A stretch of DNA of 64,000 nt from positions 1,488,001-1,552,000 of the forward strand of contig OX597822.1 in NCBI GenBank assembly GCA_951406725.2, read 5' to 3'. Every line of letters starts with the position of its first letter. Within the stretch, counting starts at the first letter, position 1. A program made the position numbers and the translations under genes. The notes beneath the pieces are model-generated. The model saw only the letters and a program-made list of their open reading frames with translations, did no database searches and was not told the DNA's origin. This document shows positions 28,774-44,374 of the stretch, in pieces. Origin of the DNA: Octopus vulgaris. Its lineage: Eukaryota.

Positions 28774-29440
28774 GTAGATAATTCCTATAATATACTTAAT
28801 GTAGTCACTTCATGAAGATGATGATGATGATGCGAGCATACAAGTTGCTTTAGCAAAAGATCTGTCCTTTTGCTATTTCCAAAAAAGCTCCTCAGAAACT
28901 AAAATATATTGAATTTGTAAAAGCAAATTATTACAAAGCATTTCATTGTGACTCCTGTGGTCAGAACAAATCTTTATTCATAACAGTTAACATAAGTTCT
29001 ACACGAAATATGACGTCAAAGTATTAGACCTCGACCAAGTAATCAAACAAAATTGCTACAAATGACATGGAAACATACAAAATTCGACTTCGCAACACAT
29101 TCACACTTACAAATATAATAGATAACTATCCACACAAACACACAAACACAAACACACACGGGAACTGAGGACCTCGAATCAGATAATAAAACTACGAATA
29201 CGTAAATATAGAACAGAAAAAGTCATATCTACAGGAGATGTGGGTTTGTACCCCACGGGAGCCTTCAACTTCTTTCTATCCGAATGAGTTTTTTCAACTC
29301 GATATTTACATGCTACTTTTATGGTTTTATCATCTTTTCCAAGATTCCCTATCCATGTCAAGAATTTTCCAGTCAAGAATGTTCTCTCGAGAGTTTTAAA
29401 TTCTAATGACGTCAACAATATATACATACTACATATGTAT

Positions 29441-29743
29441 ATCACTGTGACCGACCAGGCTATCAGATGTTGTTACACATCGCTGGTCACAATGCGCTTC
29501 GCATTGTCTTAGCCTTCAAATAACACCACCCTGCTGGCTAAGCGAGCAGGTCAACAGAAGAAAGAGTGAGAGAAAGTTGTGGCGAAAGAGTACAGCAGGG
29601 TTCGCCACCACCCCTGCCGGAGCTCGTGGAGTTTTAGGTGTTTTCGCTCAATAAACACTCACAACGCCCGGTCTGTGAATGGAAACCGCGATCCTCCGAC
29701 CGTGAGTCCGCTGCCCTAACCACTGGGCCATTGAGCCTCCACA
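29441..29743 (-). mobile_element. SINE family C, full length
   Basis: Reverse-complement homolog of 24425-24722. Confidence 0.87.
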
Positions 29744-29818
29744 CATGTGTATATATATAGATATATATATATATATATATAGATATATATATGTATGTAT
29801 ATATATCTATATCTATAA

Positions 29819-29876
<58 letters not shown>

Positions 29877-29884
29877 CTATACAT

Positions 29885-29927
<43 letters not shown>

Positions 29928-30060
29928 TACATACATACATACATACATACATACATACATACGTGTGTGTGGTTCAAAGTGTACGAAAATACAGCAAAGG
30001 AAGGCTCTTTCTACAGAAAGGAACGTGTAAAGAAAATAGAAAAACAAAAACGTGTCTGGA

Positions 30061-30149
<89 letters not shown>

Positions 30150-30404
30150 GGGAGAGGTGACATTGTACGCATTGCATCATGGCGAAGAAATATGGAGACA
30201 CACTTGTGCAAGTGCATGGTGGAATTGTTCATTTGGCAGTCTTAGATTTTGATGCCAGCTGTCAATAGTGTGGTGCTATACGATGACACGTCAGCACCAA
30301 TATTCGCGCTCATCACCAATACTCACGCTTCATAAATATCTTATGCGATTCACGCTTGTGTCGTATCCCACGTTTTTTCGGGTTTTCTATTATTAAGTTC
30401 TACA

Positions 30405-31290
30405 AAGGCAGCGAGCTGACAGAATCGTTAGATTAAATGCTTTTGCGATATTTTTTCCAGTTCTTTACTTCCTACGCGCAATTGTACTACAGTCAACTTT
30501 GTCTTTTATCGATTCTGGCTCCATAAAGTACAGTCAATTACTGATGCCGATGTTAGTGACTCACTATGCTAAAAAACATTGCTGGCTTTGTGCCGCAATT
30601 CGCAACTGATATTAAAAGGCTGGATTAAAAGATGGTGGATTGGCAGAATTGTTTATGAGTTCAAATCTTATTGAATTTAATTTTGCAGAGGCACTTTGAA
30701 TGTTCCAGGCAAGTGTTTGGTTGACGGGATCGATTAACCCGTTACCCACAAAATTCCTTAAGGCTTATGCTTAAATTAGCAACTGTTATGACATAGGAGA
30801 AATATTTTCTTCTATAATCCTAGCTAGTATATCTGTTTGTTGATATTATATATAAATATTAAGGCGATGAGCTGGCAGAATCGTTAGCATGCTGGACAAA
30901 AAGCTTAGCTTTACGTTCTGAGTTCAGTTTTCGCAGAGGTTGACTTCGCCTTTCATCGTTTTGGTGTCGATAAATTAAGTATCAGTGAGACACGGGCTTC
31001 GATCTAATCCATTAGCTCCTTCCCCCAAACTTACAGGTCCTGTGCCTTTAGTAGAGAGGATATAAAATATCTAAGCATTAAGGTGGTGAGCTGGTAGAAA
31101 ATGCCGGGTGAAATGCTTAGCAGTAATTCGTCCATCTTTAAGATCTGAGTTCAAATTCGACTTAGATCGACTTTGTCTTTCAAAATTTCGGAATCGATAA
31201 AATAAGTGCCAGTTGATCACAGGAGCCTATGTGACCGACTTAGCTCCTTCCTCAAAATAGCTGGCTTTGTGCCAAAATTTGAAAACGATA
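30405..31290 (+). mobile_element. Run of about four old SINE A copies in the same orientation
   Basis: Repeated GGCG.CGAGCTGGCAGAATCGTTAG-like heads at ~30405, 30632, 30862 and 31081. Confidence 0.75.
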
Positions 31291-31364
31291 TGTTTAAATA
31301 TTGAGCACATTTTACAATAATTGGAAGATGGGCCCAGTGTTACCCTTAATGAGCATTTCTAAAT

Positions 31365-31705
31365 ATTGTTTATGGAAGACCAGCAGTCACCCATGCATCC
31401 TAGCCTCCCCTTTTCACGCTGCCGATGTTATCCAAGGGAAAGGCAAAGACCGATAGAGTTTGGCACCAGTGGCGTTGCAACTCACTTCTACAGCTGAGGG
31501 AACTAGAACAACGTGAACTAAAATGTCTTGCTCAAGAACACAACATACAGGCTTCTCTTAGTTTCCGTCAAGTTCACTCACAGGGCTTTGGTCAACACAG
31601 CGCTATAGTAGAAGACACTTGTCTAAAGCGCCGTGCAATGGGACTGAACCTTCCTCAAACCACATGGTTGTGAAGGAAGCTGCTTACCCACACGGTCACA
31701 GCTGC
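31365..31705 (-). mobile_element. SINE fragments (segment shared with 48300-48370; SINE B head)
   Basis: GTTTATGGAAGACCAGCAGTC is the reverse complement of 48347-48367; ATAGTAGAAGACACTTG...ACCACATGGTT. Confidence 0.65.
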
Positions 31706-31759
31706 GCCTGAAGCGACGCATGCTGGGATAAATACAAGGTGATGGTGGATGAAACACAC

Positions 31760-32195
31760 TTAACCTTTTGTAATTTTGGGTTAGAAGCATTTTGAAGGTA
31801 GAATAGACAATTATCACGATATAGACTTCCATTGATGTTTGGTCAGCCTTCTCATAAAGGATATATATACCGAACAAATCAGCGATTTGTGCTGAATCAG
31901 AACTTCCCATCGTGACCTCAAAACTGTCTGTATCTTTACAGACACATAGCTTATTATCAAATTTAATAATAGATTTTCTTGCGGCCAGCACGACATTAAT
32001 TTCATCCCTGGTGAGACCTGCTTTGTTGTCAGCGAGCCAGAGTGCCTTGCGAAGTACGATTGGGTTGATAGACGAATAGAAGCTAGAAATGTCAAACCGG
32101 ATAAACTTAGTGCACTTCTTGTTATTAATAGAACTAAATCAGTCGACCACTTGGAACGAATTAGACCATGAATTAAGCTTTAACTTTTTAACTAA
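31760..32195 (-). mobile_element. Penelope-like (Naiad/Neptune-type) reverse transcriptase fragment
   Basis: KFIRFDISSFYSSINPIVLRKALWLA...FEVTMGSSDSAQIADLFGIYIL, then frameshifted GSLYRDNCL (decayed YRDD). Confidence 0.82.
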
Positions 32196-32589
32196 GGTGT
32201 ATATATATATATATATATGTTACAGTTATCCGTGCCGACAAGCCCAAACTTAACCATTCCAACATACTTATACAGAGAAATTCACTCCAAAAGAAAGGCA
32301 AGAAATTTGAAGTGATTATCTCCCTTACATCGGAAGAAATCACTTATTACCTCCCCCTATCTGGAACTCTTCTCAACGTAAACATAACGATGTAAGAAAT
32401 TTGAAAAGCTGAACGCGAAACCGGTCATTTCTTCAAAAACTATGTCATTGTATGAAAAAAATTTATAACATTCTTTAGAAATATTGACTCAAATATTTAT
32501 TTTTTAACCTTTTAAAACAAGCCTTCTGTAGTTTTTTCACTTTTTACTATTTTCTATATATTCAACCACGTGCTTTCACATACCAACTT

Positions 32590-32592
32590 TCT

Positions 32593-32633
<41 letters not shown>

Positions 32634-32820
32634 ATATATATATGCATATACATGCATATATATTTATATATATGCATATATATATTTATATATATATATA
32701 TATATATACATATATATATGTATATGTATATATGTATATATATGTATATATATATATGCATATATATATATATGTATATACATATATATGAATATATATG
32801 TGTGTGTTTGTACGTATATA

Positions 32821-32872
<52 letters not shown>
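32590..32872. repeat. (TA)n microsatellite
   Basis: Visible. Confidence 0.96.
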
Positions 32873-32873
<1 letters not shown>

Positions 32874-33399
32874 GGAGGGAGGGTCTATGTGTTTGTGTGT
32901 CTGCTTTTTGGTGGTGCTTGTCCTGCACCACCACTTAGTCACCGGTCTCAGTACGCATTGGCAGAGATCGATTCGTTCGCCTAAACCCTTCAAGGTCGTA
33001 TCCCAGTATCCTCGAAGTTCAATGATTCAAACCAATTCAAAATAATATCCATAGGGCCAGTGTATTTAAGATTATATCGCAAGATGGAAAATCCGTAATC
33101 TGAAGGGGATTTCTTTACAGTTTCTAACATGTGAAACAAATTTATTGAAGCCCTCAACCTGTTTCCACTGTACAACGGTCATTTCATCAGACTTGCGATT
33201 ATACACGTAAATCTTCTTCATCATGCTCTTGGTCAAAGGCCAAATGAACCTCGTTTACACGTTCATGTTTTTCAAAGTGTTTTCACGTAAAATGCAGAGA
33301 AATGACTGTAGCAAAATGGCTGCAGCTGGGAAGTGTAATGGTTGCATAGGCCTCTACTGCACATTATCAATATAAAGTTAGCAATCACTCAGCAACGGC

Positions 33400-33442
33400 A
33401 GCTACTACTACAACCACCACCACCACCACCACCACCACCAAA

Positions 33443-33500
<58 letters not shown>

Positions 33501-33663
33501 GTAATAATAATAATAACCATCATAATAATAATGATAATAATAATAATATAAATAATGATAATAATGATGCTGCTACCACTACTACTACTACTACTACAAT
33601 TAATAATAATAATAATAATGATAGCACTACTACTACATGATAATTCAGACAATGATGTTGTTC

Positions 33664-33709
<46 letters not shown>

Positions 33710-33810
33710 CTACAAGGACACAGTAACGCATATCCATATGTGCGCATACGCACATCCATCCATCCATCCGTCCATCCATCCATCCATCCATCCATACATA
33801 CATACATATA
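33400..33810. repeat. (CAC)n/(CTA)n/(TAA)n/(CA)n/(CATC)n compound repeat
   Basis: Visible. Confidence 0.94.
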
Positions 33811-34596
33811 TATTTGTAAGATTCTGTGTACAGTTATGCATAACGTATACATATGTGAGTATAAATGCCTCTGTGTTCATGTATGTGTGCGTGTTCGTGA
33901 GTGTGTTTGTGTGCGTGTATTTGTGTTTCCGTACATCTCTTTGTATACCATAGTTTAAGCGATGATAGTAGTAGTGGTGGTAATCATAAGATATGTGTGT
34001 ATATGTATGACTATACGAAGTGATTTATACAGACAAACTGCCGATGAAGCGTGATACCGCTGCTCGGGATGGACGCTAGGTAAAAAGCTAATCCACGTTA
34101 AAGATGTTTTAACAGTGATTGCCAATGACATGAATACTAAACGTTACACAGACAATATTTAGTTTTCTCTTTCACGCTTCCAGTATCGATTGATTGCCCA
34201 TTGTTTGATTAAGCAGAGAATAAAGAACAGACAGATGCTTGACTAGTTCCATTTTATTAATGAGTCGAAGGTTCACAACAGAAGTCTGATCTCTTCGCTG
34301 GTTTTAAGACCTCCACACTCACTCCCCATCACATCCCATTCAACCGTTCGTTCAAAGCAAACGAAGAAGTAAACCAAATGACTGGTCGTTGCTCTCTATT
34401 CGTACCGAATACAACTGTTTTACTTTCGGTTTCACTTTCAATGGCTTTAGTACAGAAATTCACACGGAAACATTTGTTGGTAGATAAAACGTTAATGTTT
34501 TTTGGAAAGTACGTCTGTCTGTATTATTAATTCTAGTTGTCTCACTGTCAGTGATTCATCGCTGTGCATATTTGCTTCACTCTCTTTGTGTTGCCG

Positions 34597-34905
34597 CATA
34601 CATACATACACACATACATACATACATACATACATACACACATACATACATACATACATACATACATGCATGCATACAAACATACATACATACATACATA
34701 CATACATACATACATACATACATACATACATACATACATACATACATACATACATACATACATACATGCATACACACATACATACATACATACATACATA
34801 CATACATACATACATGCATGCATACATACATACATACATACATACATACATACATACATACATACATACATACATACATACACACATACATACATACATG
34901 CACAT
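34597..34905. repeat. (TACA)n microsatellite
   Basis: Visible. Confidence 0.97.
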
Positions 34906-35427
34906 AAACATACGTATATATTATATTATATATGTGGCTGTGTGGTAAAAAATTTGTTTTGCAACCACATAGTTCCGGGTTCTGTCCCATTGCGTAGCAC
35001 GTATGGCAAGTATTTTCCACTGCATCCATGGGCCGACCAATGCCATGTGAGTGGATTTAGTAGGCTGAAGTTAAAAGAAGCTCGTCGTACACACACACAC
35101 ACACATACTATTTAGGTTCTTGTTGTTTTTGTTGTTATTACTATTTAAAACATTGAGCTAAGTTTCTTGCAAGTTGGCTACAAAAGTTTAAGTCACATGG
35201 AGCGGAATCAAACTGTTTAAATAATAATATGATTATGAGGAGTGTTTTGTGTCTGCGTATTGGTCCCGGTAACTTAGGCTTTCAGCAAAAGTGACCGGGA
35301 CAATAAATACCAAGGTTTAGAAAGAGATATGCACTGGTGTCGATTCGTTCGACTAAAATTCTACAGCACGAATCCCCAGTATGGCAGCCCTCTAAGGACC
35401 GAGACGAATAAAAGATAAAATATAATA

Positions 35428-37029
<1,602 letters not shown>

Positions 37030-37031
<2 letters not shown>

Positions 37032-37320
37032 CGGGAAGCTTTATGAAAATAAACAAAAGACGAAGGCAGGTGGAATACAAACAAACAATTGTATTAGTAT
37101 GGCACTCAGGAATATAAATAAAACAAGTCTTTTACGTTTCGAGCCTACGCTCTTCGACAGAAAGATACACAGAAAAGAAACACGGAGAGAAATAGGGAGA
37201 GAAAAAATATGCGTACAGAAGCTAGCGAATCAACATGGCGATCTGATTCCGGCCAGAAGTCAAAGATCAAACGTGAGACGCAAGAGCGAAAATAGGGGAG
37301 ATAACAGGGTCAAATGACCA
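37030..37320 (-). mobile_element. PLE-like family H2, copy 2 (HHR fold 37128-37165)
   Basis: Minus strand TCTTT-CTGTCGA-A-GAGC GTAG GCTC-GAAAC-GTA-AAAGA. Confidence 0.68.
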
Positions 37321-37373
37321 CTATATATATATATAATGTGTGTGTATGGTTTTTATATGTGTATAAATGACCA

Positions 37374-37422
<49 letters not shown>

Positions 37423-37444
37423 CATATACACATATAAAAACCAT

Positions 37445-37500
<56 letters not shown>

Positions 37501-37502
<2 letters not shown>

Positions 37503-37743
37503 CGGGAAAGTTTACGAAAATAAACAAACGACAAAAGCAGGTGGAGTACAAACAAACAAAAGTATTAGTATAGCGCTCAGGAATAGAAAAAGTATTTTAT
37601 GTTTCGGGCCTACGCTCTTCGACAGAAAGATACACAGAAAAAAACAAGGAGAGAAACAAGGAGAGAAAAAAGGAGAGAAATAAAAGAAGAGAAAAAAAGA
37701 GAGAAAAAAAGGAGAGAAAACATGCTTGTAGAAGCTAACGATC

Positions 37744-37744
<1 letters not shown>
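37501..37744 (-). mobile_element. PLE-like family H2, copy 3 (decayed HHR fold 37593-37630)
   Basis: Homologous to copy 2; flanked by (TA)n. Confidence 0.65.
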
Positions 37745-37793
<49 letters not shown>

Positions 37794-37796
37794 AAC

Positions 37797-37999
37797 GCCT
37801 AAAGCTCCACGAAGCTCCGGCAGGGGGGGTGGCGATCCCTGCTGTACTCTTTCGCTACACCTTTCTCTCACTCTTTCTTCTGTTGGCCTGCTCGCTTAGC
37901 CAGCGGGGTGGCGTCATTTGAAGACTAAAACAATGCCAAGACGCATTGTGACTAGCGATGTGTAGCAACGTTTGATAGCCTGGTCGGTCACGTGATCAC

Positions 38000-38000
<1 letters not shown>
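37797..38000 (+). mobile_element. SINE family C, 5'-truncated
   Basis: Homology to 24530-24722. Confidence 0.82.
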
Positions 38001-38038
<38 letters not shown>

Positions 38039-38230
38039 GTGTGTGTATGGTTTTTATATGTGTATATATATATATATGTACATATATATATATGTATATA
38101 TATATATGTGTACATATATATATACATATATATATATGTATATAAGTGTGTGTGTGTGCATATATCGATATAGATACGCACACAGACACAGACACAGGCA
38201 CACACATATATATGAATGTGTATATATATA

Positions 38231-38280
<50 letters not shown>

Positions 38281-38569
38281 TATATATATACATACATATA
38301 TGCATTTATATATATATTAGTATATGTATTCGCAGTGTTCGTATAGTGTTAGCATACATACGTATATGTATCTCTTTCGGATTCTCTCTATCTGTATATA
38401 CTAGGCTCATTGAACATTTTTTTTCCTCTTTCAAGTTTGAGTAAATAGTTCGAACAAATTGCATAGGAAAAGCGTTTATTTATCAAAATATATCAAATCA
38501 TATTTTATTGTCAGTCGTCATTGTTGTGCCAAAAGCTGTATTTCACGCTTATTATATTTAGCTGGTTTA

Positions 38570-39020
38570 GAAGCATAAAGGGAAAATCCCTGTGCCCGTT
38601 TTCAACCCCATCTAAATTCTTCAACCAGCGTCTGTGCAGGAAATTTGCCATAGCTCGGAAAAAGTGGTTGATGCAAGATCTGGACTATAGGCAGAGTGAG
38701 GCAGTGCTTCCAACTCCTCAAGTTCCTAAATTTCATGCTTGGACACATTGGCTGTGTACGTTGGGGGCATGGTCATGCTATAGGAAATTCCCCTAAACAC
38801 ACAGCATAACCTTCTGTTCAAACCACCCTTGTTTGACAACAGGCTCTGAAGCCTGGCGGGAACGAAACCACAGATTACTCTTATTATAATTACGACAATA
38901 GATCTATTTTTCATCCCCGTTTGAAATGTGATGCTAAAAACGGGTATCTGGAGGATACCCGTAGTAGATGTTTGCAAATGTTCACACGTCTTTGAGCTGC
39001 CTATATAAAGTTTCATTTGT
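38570..39020 (-). mobile_element. Decayed mariner transposase fragment
   Basis: TGDEK*IY, KVMLCV, HDHAP and ALPHSAYSPDLA motifs. Confidence 0.8.
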
Positions 39021-39319
39021 AATATGTTGACATCAGTAAGTGTTTTGTAGTATTCTAAGTATTTTAGTGTATGTACGTTTTAGTTTCTTCTCAAATCCTT
39101 GTACTCGATCTATACAACGACACTCACTCATCAGATGTTCTGAAGAATGATATCTTTATTTTTCTGGATAGATGTGACTTACATATTTTCTCAATACATT
39201 TATTCATTAATGCATACATACACACACACACACATACATACATACCGACATACATACATACATACATACATACATACATACATACATACATACATACATA
39301 CATACATACATACATACAT

Positions 39320-39830
39320 GGTGGCTGCGCCCTCGTTATCGAGTATGGCCATTGCACGAAGCGTAATCAATGCTGTTATCGTGCAATGCCTGTGCAACAA
39401 ATTTCTTGTTAAAGTCACTAAGCAACAGCAGCCATAATCCGAAAAGAAGAACAAGTCAACATCATCGGTAACCACTGAGCTGCAGGTTTTACGTCGGAGT
39501 TATCCCAGTTACCTGAGTTACCTTCTCCTATAAGGATGCCCTAACAAAGGCTAGGAGTCCTTCACTCCCAATGGTTTAACCGCACGATCGGGTAATCAGT
39601 CCGATTATTTCTATGTCCTTAAGACATTTATTGGATGGCCGTTGACTCTCAAGAGTCCCTCCGCCCTTTGGCAGGTTTTGTTTTTCATCGTGCAGGGTGT
39701 CCAATAAACACCCTCCGCACCAAGCAAGCTTGGTGGGGTTGCCGGTTTAGTCGCCGACGACCCGACCATGCAACAGGTTGTACTGGGTTACATGTTACCA
39801 GTAGCATTCGAAAGTGACCTGACATACATG
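39320..39830 (-). mobile_element. Probable 5' UTR/leader of an RTE-type LINE or a related structured repeat
   Basis: GC-richer; GGGCATCCTTATAGGAGAAGGTAACTC...AAAACC resembles RTE 5'UTR motifs; several hairpins. Confidence 0.4.
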
Positions 39831-40550
39831 CATAGGCAAATCGTAAATAAAAACAAGAAGAAAAACAAAAACACAAATCAAAAGGACGGACACTGAATGT
39901 ATTAGACTTAAGCTCAGTTTAAGATAGAAAATATAGGGATCTGTGATATTTCGAGCATAGCACTCCGTCAGAAAGGATAAAAAGGATAGATCCGGAGAAA
40001 AGAAGAATAATCTGAGAAAAACACATTTATGCATATATAGATACATACATACATCACATATACACATACATGCATACAGGTGAACTGGATATGTAACACA
40101 CTGCCTAAATACCAATCTTGAGAAATTAGACTCCTCAAAACCAGAAAGAAGAAAGCTGATTCGAAGACCACAGATCCAAGCCATCACTGAAACTGTAAAA
40201 ATCTGTAAAACTTTCCAGAAGTTTATCATTTAAGTATATACGTGCATATCTAGATATGCAAATATATGCATGAGAAGTCATACAAAACAAAACATTCAAA
40301 TCTGCACATTTACATACATACAAAATATGGGGGTTTAGTTCACAGGTAATCTAAACGACTAGGTACGCTAGGTAAGTACGGTAACGCATTACTAGGACCC
40401 TAAGGTTATAGCCGAGACGGTATGCAATGGAGCCATTGCAGTTTTCCGATATAGCAGATATATAATTGTTAAAGAGGACAACACACGATTAGGAAGGGCA
40501 GGTATCTCAAATTATATACATTATTATTATTATTGGAAAAAAGATTCAAA

Positions 40551-40606
40551 GTCTTACAGCTGTTTCTGGGATGTCCCAGTGTATGGGATATTCTGTCATC
40601 GGAAAC
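40551..40606 (-). ncRNA. Degenerate type I hammerhead motif within a PLE-like repeat (~40325-40720)
   Basis: GTTT-CCGATGA-CAGAATATCCCA TACAC TGGGACATCCCA-GAAAC AGCT GTA-AGAC; palindromic ACAGCTGT stem III. Confidence 0.55.
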
Positions 40607-40920
40607 AAATAAGGAAAATGAGAAGGGTATAGATTAATGAAATGACGACACAGAAGACAGAAGTAAAGAAATTAGTAAATGGAGGAAGAGAATGAAAAAG
40701 AAGCATAAAAGGTCACAGTTCAACATTCCGATCTCATAGAAATAATTCCATAAGTCCTTAGGTGCAATCCTGCGTAAATCCATGTAGGACAAAGACCTCA
40801 AAAAAATACTGTGTTGATTTTGTTGAATTCCAATGAAGGAGCCTTGGGTCTAGGTTAGAAACCGTCACGTTCTCTATTGGCAAAAAATCTTGAAATAAAA
40901 CAGAATGATCATCTACATAG

Positions 40921-41275
40921 GCACAAGAGTGGCCGTGTGGTAAGTAGCTTGATTACCAACCACATGGTTCCGGGTTCAGTACCACTGCATGGGACCTTAG
41001 GTAAGTACCTTCTACTATAGCCTCGGGCCAGCCAAAGCCTTGTGAGGGGATTTGGTAGACGGAAAACTGAAAGAAGCCTGTCGTATATGTGTATATATGT
41101 GTGTGCATATATTTGTGTGTCTGTGTTTGTCCTCCCATCATCGCTTGAAAACCGATGCGGGCGTGTTTGCGTCCCCGTAACTTACCGGTACGGCAAAAGA
41201 GACCGATAGAATCAGTACTGGGCTTACAAAGAATAAGTCGTGGGGTCGATTTGCTCGAATAAAGTAAGAGTAAGA
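40921..41275 (+). mobile_element. SINE family B
   Basis: GGCCGTGTGGTAAGTAGCTTG...GGTTCCGGGTTCAGT head and body. Confidence 0.87.
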
Positions 41276-41277
41276 GT

Positions 41278-41745
41278 ATACATACATACATACATACATG
41301 CATACACGCATACATACATACATACATACATACATACATACATACATACATACATACATACAGACATACATACATACATACATACATACATGCATGCATG
41401 CATGCATACATACATACATACATACATACATGCATACATGCATACATTCATACATACATACATGCATGCATGCATACATACATACATGCATACATACATA
41501 CATGCATACATACATACACACATACATACATACATACATGCATGCATGCATGCATACATACATACATACATACATACATACATACACACATACACACATA
41601 CACACATACTTACATACATGCATACATACATACATACATTCATACATACATACATACATACACACATACACACATACATACATACTTACATCCATCCATC
41701 CATACATACATACATACTTACATACATACATACATACATACAAAC
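41278..41745. repeat. (TACA)n microsatellite
   Basis: Visible. Confidence 0.97.
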
Positions 41746-42091
41746 ATGCTATAACAGGTTACCGGGCAGTGTAACATGCGTAACTCTATTTGCTTTATTG
41801 CTGGGTCTGGCAATGTTCCTCACCAGAAGGAGAATAAACTAACAATGAATGAACTTCGAGTTTCTTTCCTACAAACATGGATAGCAAAATCGGCGGAAGA
41901 TGATCGCAACGGAGGATCAGCAACCATTGTTATGGAGATCATTAACGGAGGGTGGATTGGCAATAATGAGATTCTGGCGAGACCTTGTAAAATCTGGGAT
42001 GCTGGGGTGCAGGTGGATTGATTTCTAGGCTCCAGAATCTCAAATTCAAGAGGAGATACGAGGTACAGTTATAACATTATATGTATATAAC

Positions 42092-42146
<55 letters not shown>

Positions 42147-42147
<1 letters not shown>

Positions 42148-42342
42148 GGGAGAATTCACAGAAACAGAGAAGACGAAGACATGTGGTGTAGACAACAGAC
42201 AAATGTATTAGTTTAACGCTCGGGAAGTGAAAAAGTCTTTAACGTTTCGTGCCTACGCTCTTCCACAGAAAGGAACACAGAAAGAAACAAGGTGAGAAAA
42301 TAAAGAATGTGTAGTGGCTAGCGATCTGTCATGTCGAATGAT
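42147..42342 (-). mobile_element. PLE-like family H2, copy 4 (HHR fold 42236-42273)
   Basis: Minus strand CTTT-CTGTGGA-A-GAGC GTAG GCAC-GAAAC-GTT-AAAG. Confidence 0.65.
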
Positions 42343-42370
42343 ACATATATACACATATACATATACATAT

Positions 42371-42408
<38 letters not shown>

Positions 42409-42524
42409 TCTTTTACTTGTTTCAGTCATTTGACTGTGGCCATGCTGTAGCACCGCCTTTAGTCGAGCAAATCGACATATGTTTTCGTTTTTCATTTTGT
42501 TCACGTCTTTGTGACATACAGTAC

Positions 42525-42543
42525 CCATATATGTATGTATATA

Positions 42544-42634
<91 letters not shown>

Positions 42635-42689
42635 TATATATATAATTATACATATATAAATGTATATATATATATAAATACACATATAC

Positions 42690-42752
<63 letters not shown>

Positions 42753-43043
42753 CATATATATGCATATATATATATACATCCGTATACATATATACATATA
42801 TATACACATATATATATACATATATACATACACATATATATCTATACATATATATGCCTATATCTATAGACATGTATATATATACGCATATATATGCACA
42901 TACATACATATATATATATATATGCATGCACGTACATACATATATATATGCATATATACGTATGTATATGCATATATAAATATATGTATATATAAATATA
43001 TATACATATATATGTACATACATATATATATATATGTATATAT

Positions 43044-43090
<47 letters not shown>

Positions 43091-43446
43091 GGGGGTGTAG
43101 AGGCATAGGCTCAAAGACGATATATCAGTACAGATATATAAAGATAGGTAAATTAATAGATATGTTATTGTAAAAAGAATATACTGTAAGATCTTAATTG
43201 ATTGTTATCTCAAAGTAGTTTACAATCGACGTTTATAGAAATGCAGTTAGATGAACCACAAACAATTGTCCGTAAATACATGCATGTATAATAGACAGAG
43301 CCTAATGGAAATATACATGCACTTATACGGATATGTGTATATAAGCAAATGCACTAAAAATGTAAATATACACAAACGCACTCATGTGCACTGACGCAGG
43401 TATGTAATGTATATGTGCATATATATATATATATACATACATATAC

Positions 43447-43492
<46 letters not shown>

Positions 43493-43525
43493 ATATATAT
43501 GTATTGTTTATATATATATGCATAC

Positions 43526-43558
<33 letters not shown>

Positions 43559-43620
43559 TATATATATATATAACGTACAAATATGCTTATATATATATGT
43601 ATACATATATATACATATAT

Positions 43621-43680
<60 letters not shown>

Positions 43681-44134
43681 TTATTTATAGGTGTGCGTGT
43701 GTGTTTTTTATTCCGTTAAATAATCGGTATATAAAAATATGCATTATATATATATAGAGAGAGAAAGATAGAGAGATATGTATGTATATATATATATATA
43801 TACACACACACAAATATATAAGAATATATTTACAATACATGTATGAAAGAACAATTCCTAAGAAAGGCCCATCCATCGGTGGGAGGCATTGTACAAGATG
43901 ACGTCAAACCGATCCCCCCCAATGGACGACGACATAAATAACTGTTTATTGTTCTTGATTTGTTCAAATATAAAATAATAGGAATCAGATGTTTAAACAT
44001 TGAAAAGAAAATCAAATTTCAATACGAACTGTAACTCTACATACTGCATTGTTGTTTGTGCATGTATATATGCATGTGTGTATGCACGTGAAGATTTGAA
44101 TGTGTGTTTAAATACATACATTCATATATATATA

Positions 44135-44178
<44 letters not shown>

Positions 44179-44316
44179 ATACATAAGTACATAAGTAAAT
44201 ATATACAATGTATATATGTATATATATATATATATATACATATATACATATGTACATAAGTAAATATATACAATATATGTATATATATATATATTTATAA
44301 ATAGATATATATACTT

Positions 44317-44374
<58 letters not shown>

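Noticed and set aside
29179-29445. 88 aa minus-strand ORF, with a tRNA T-arm-like string at 29233-29263
   Set aside because: No recognisable domain and no complete cloverleaf
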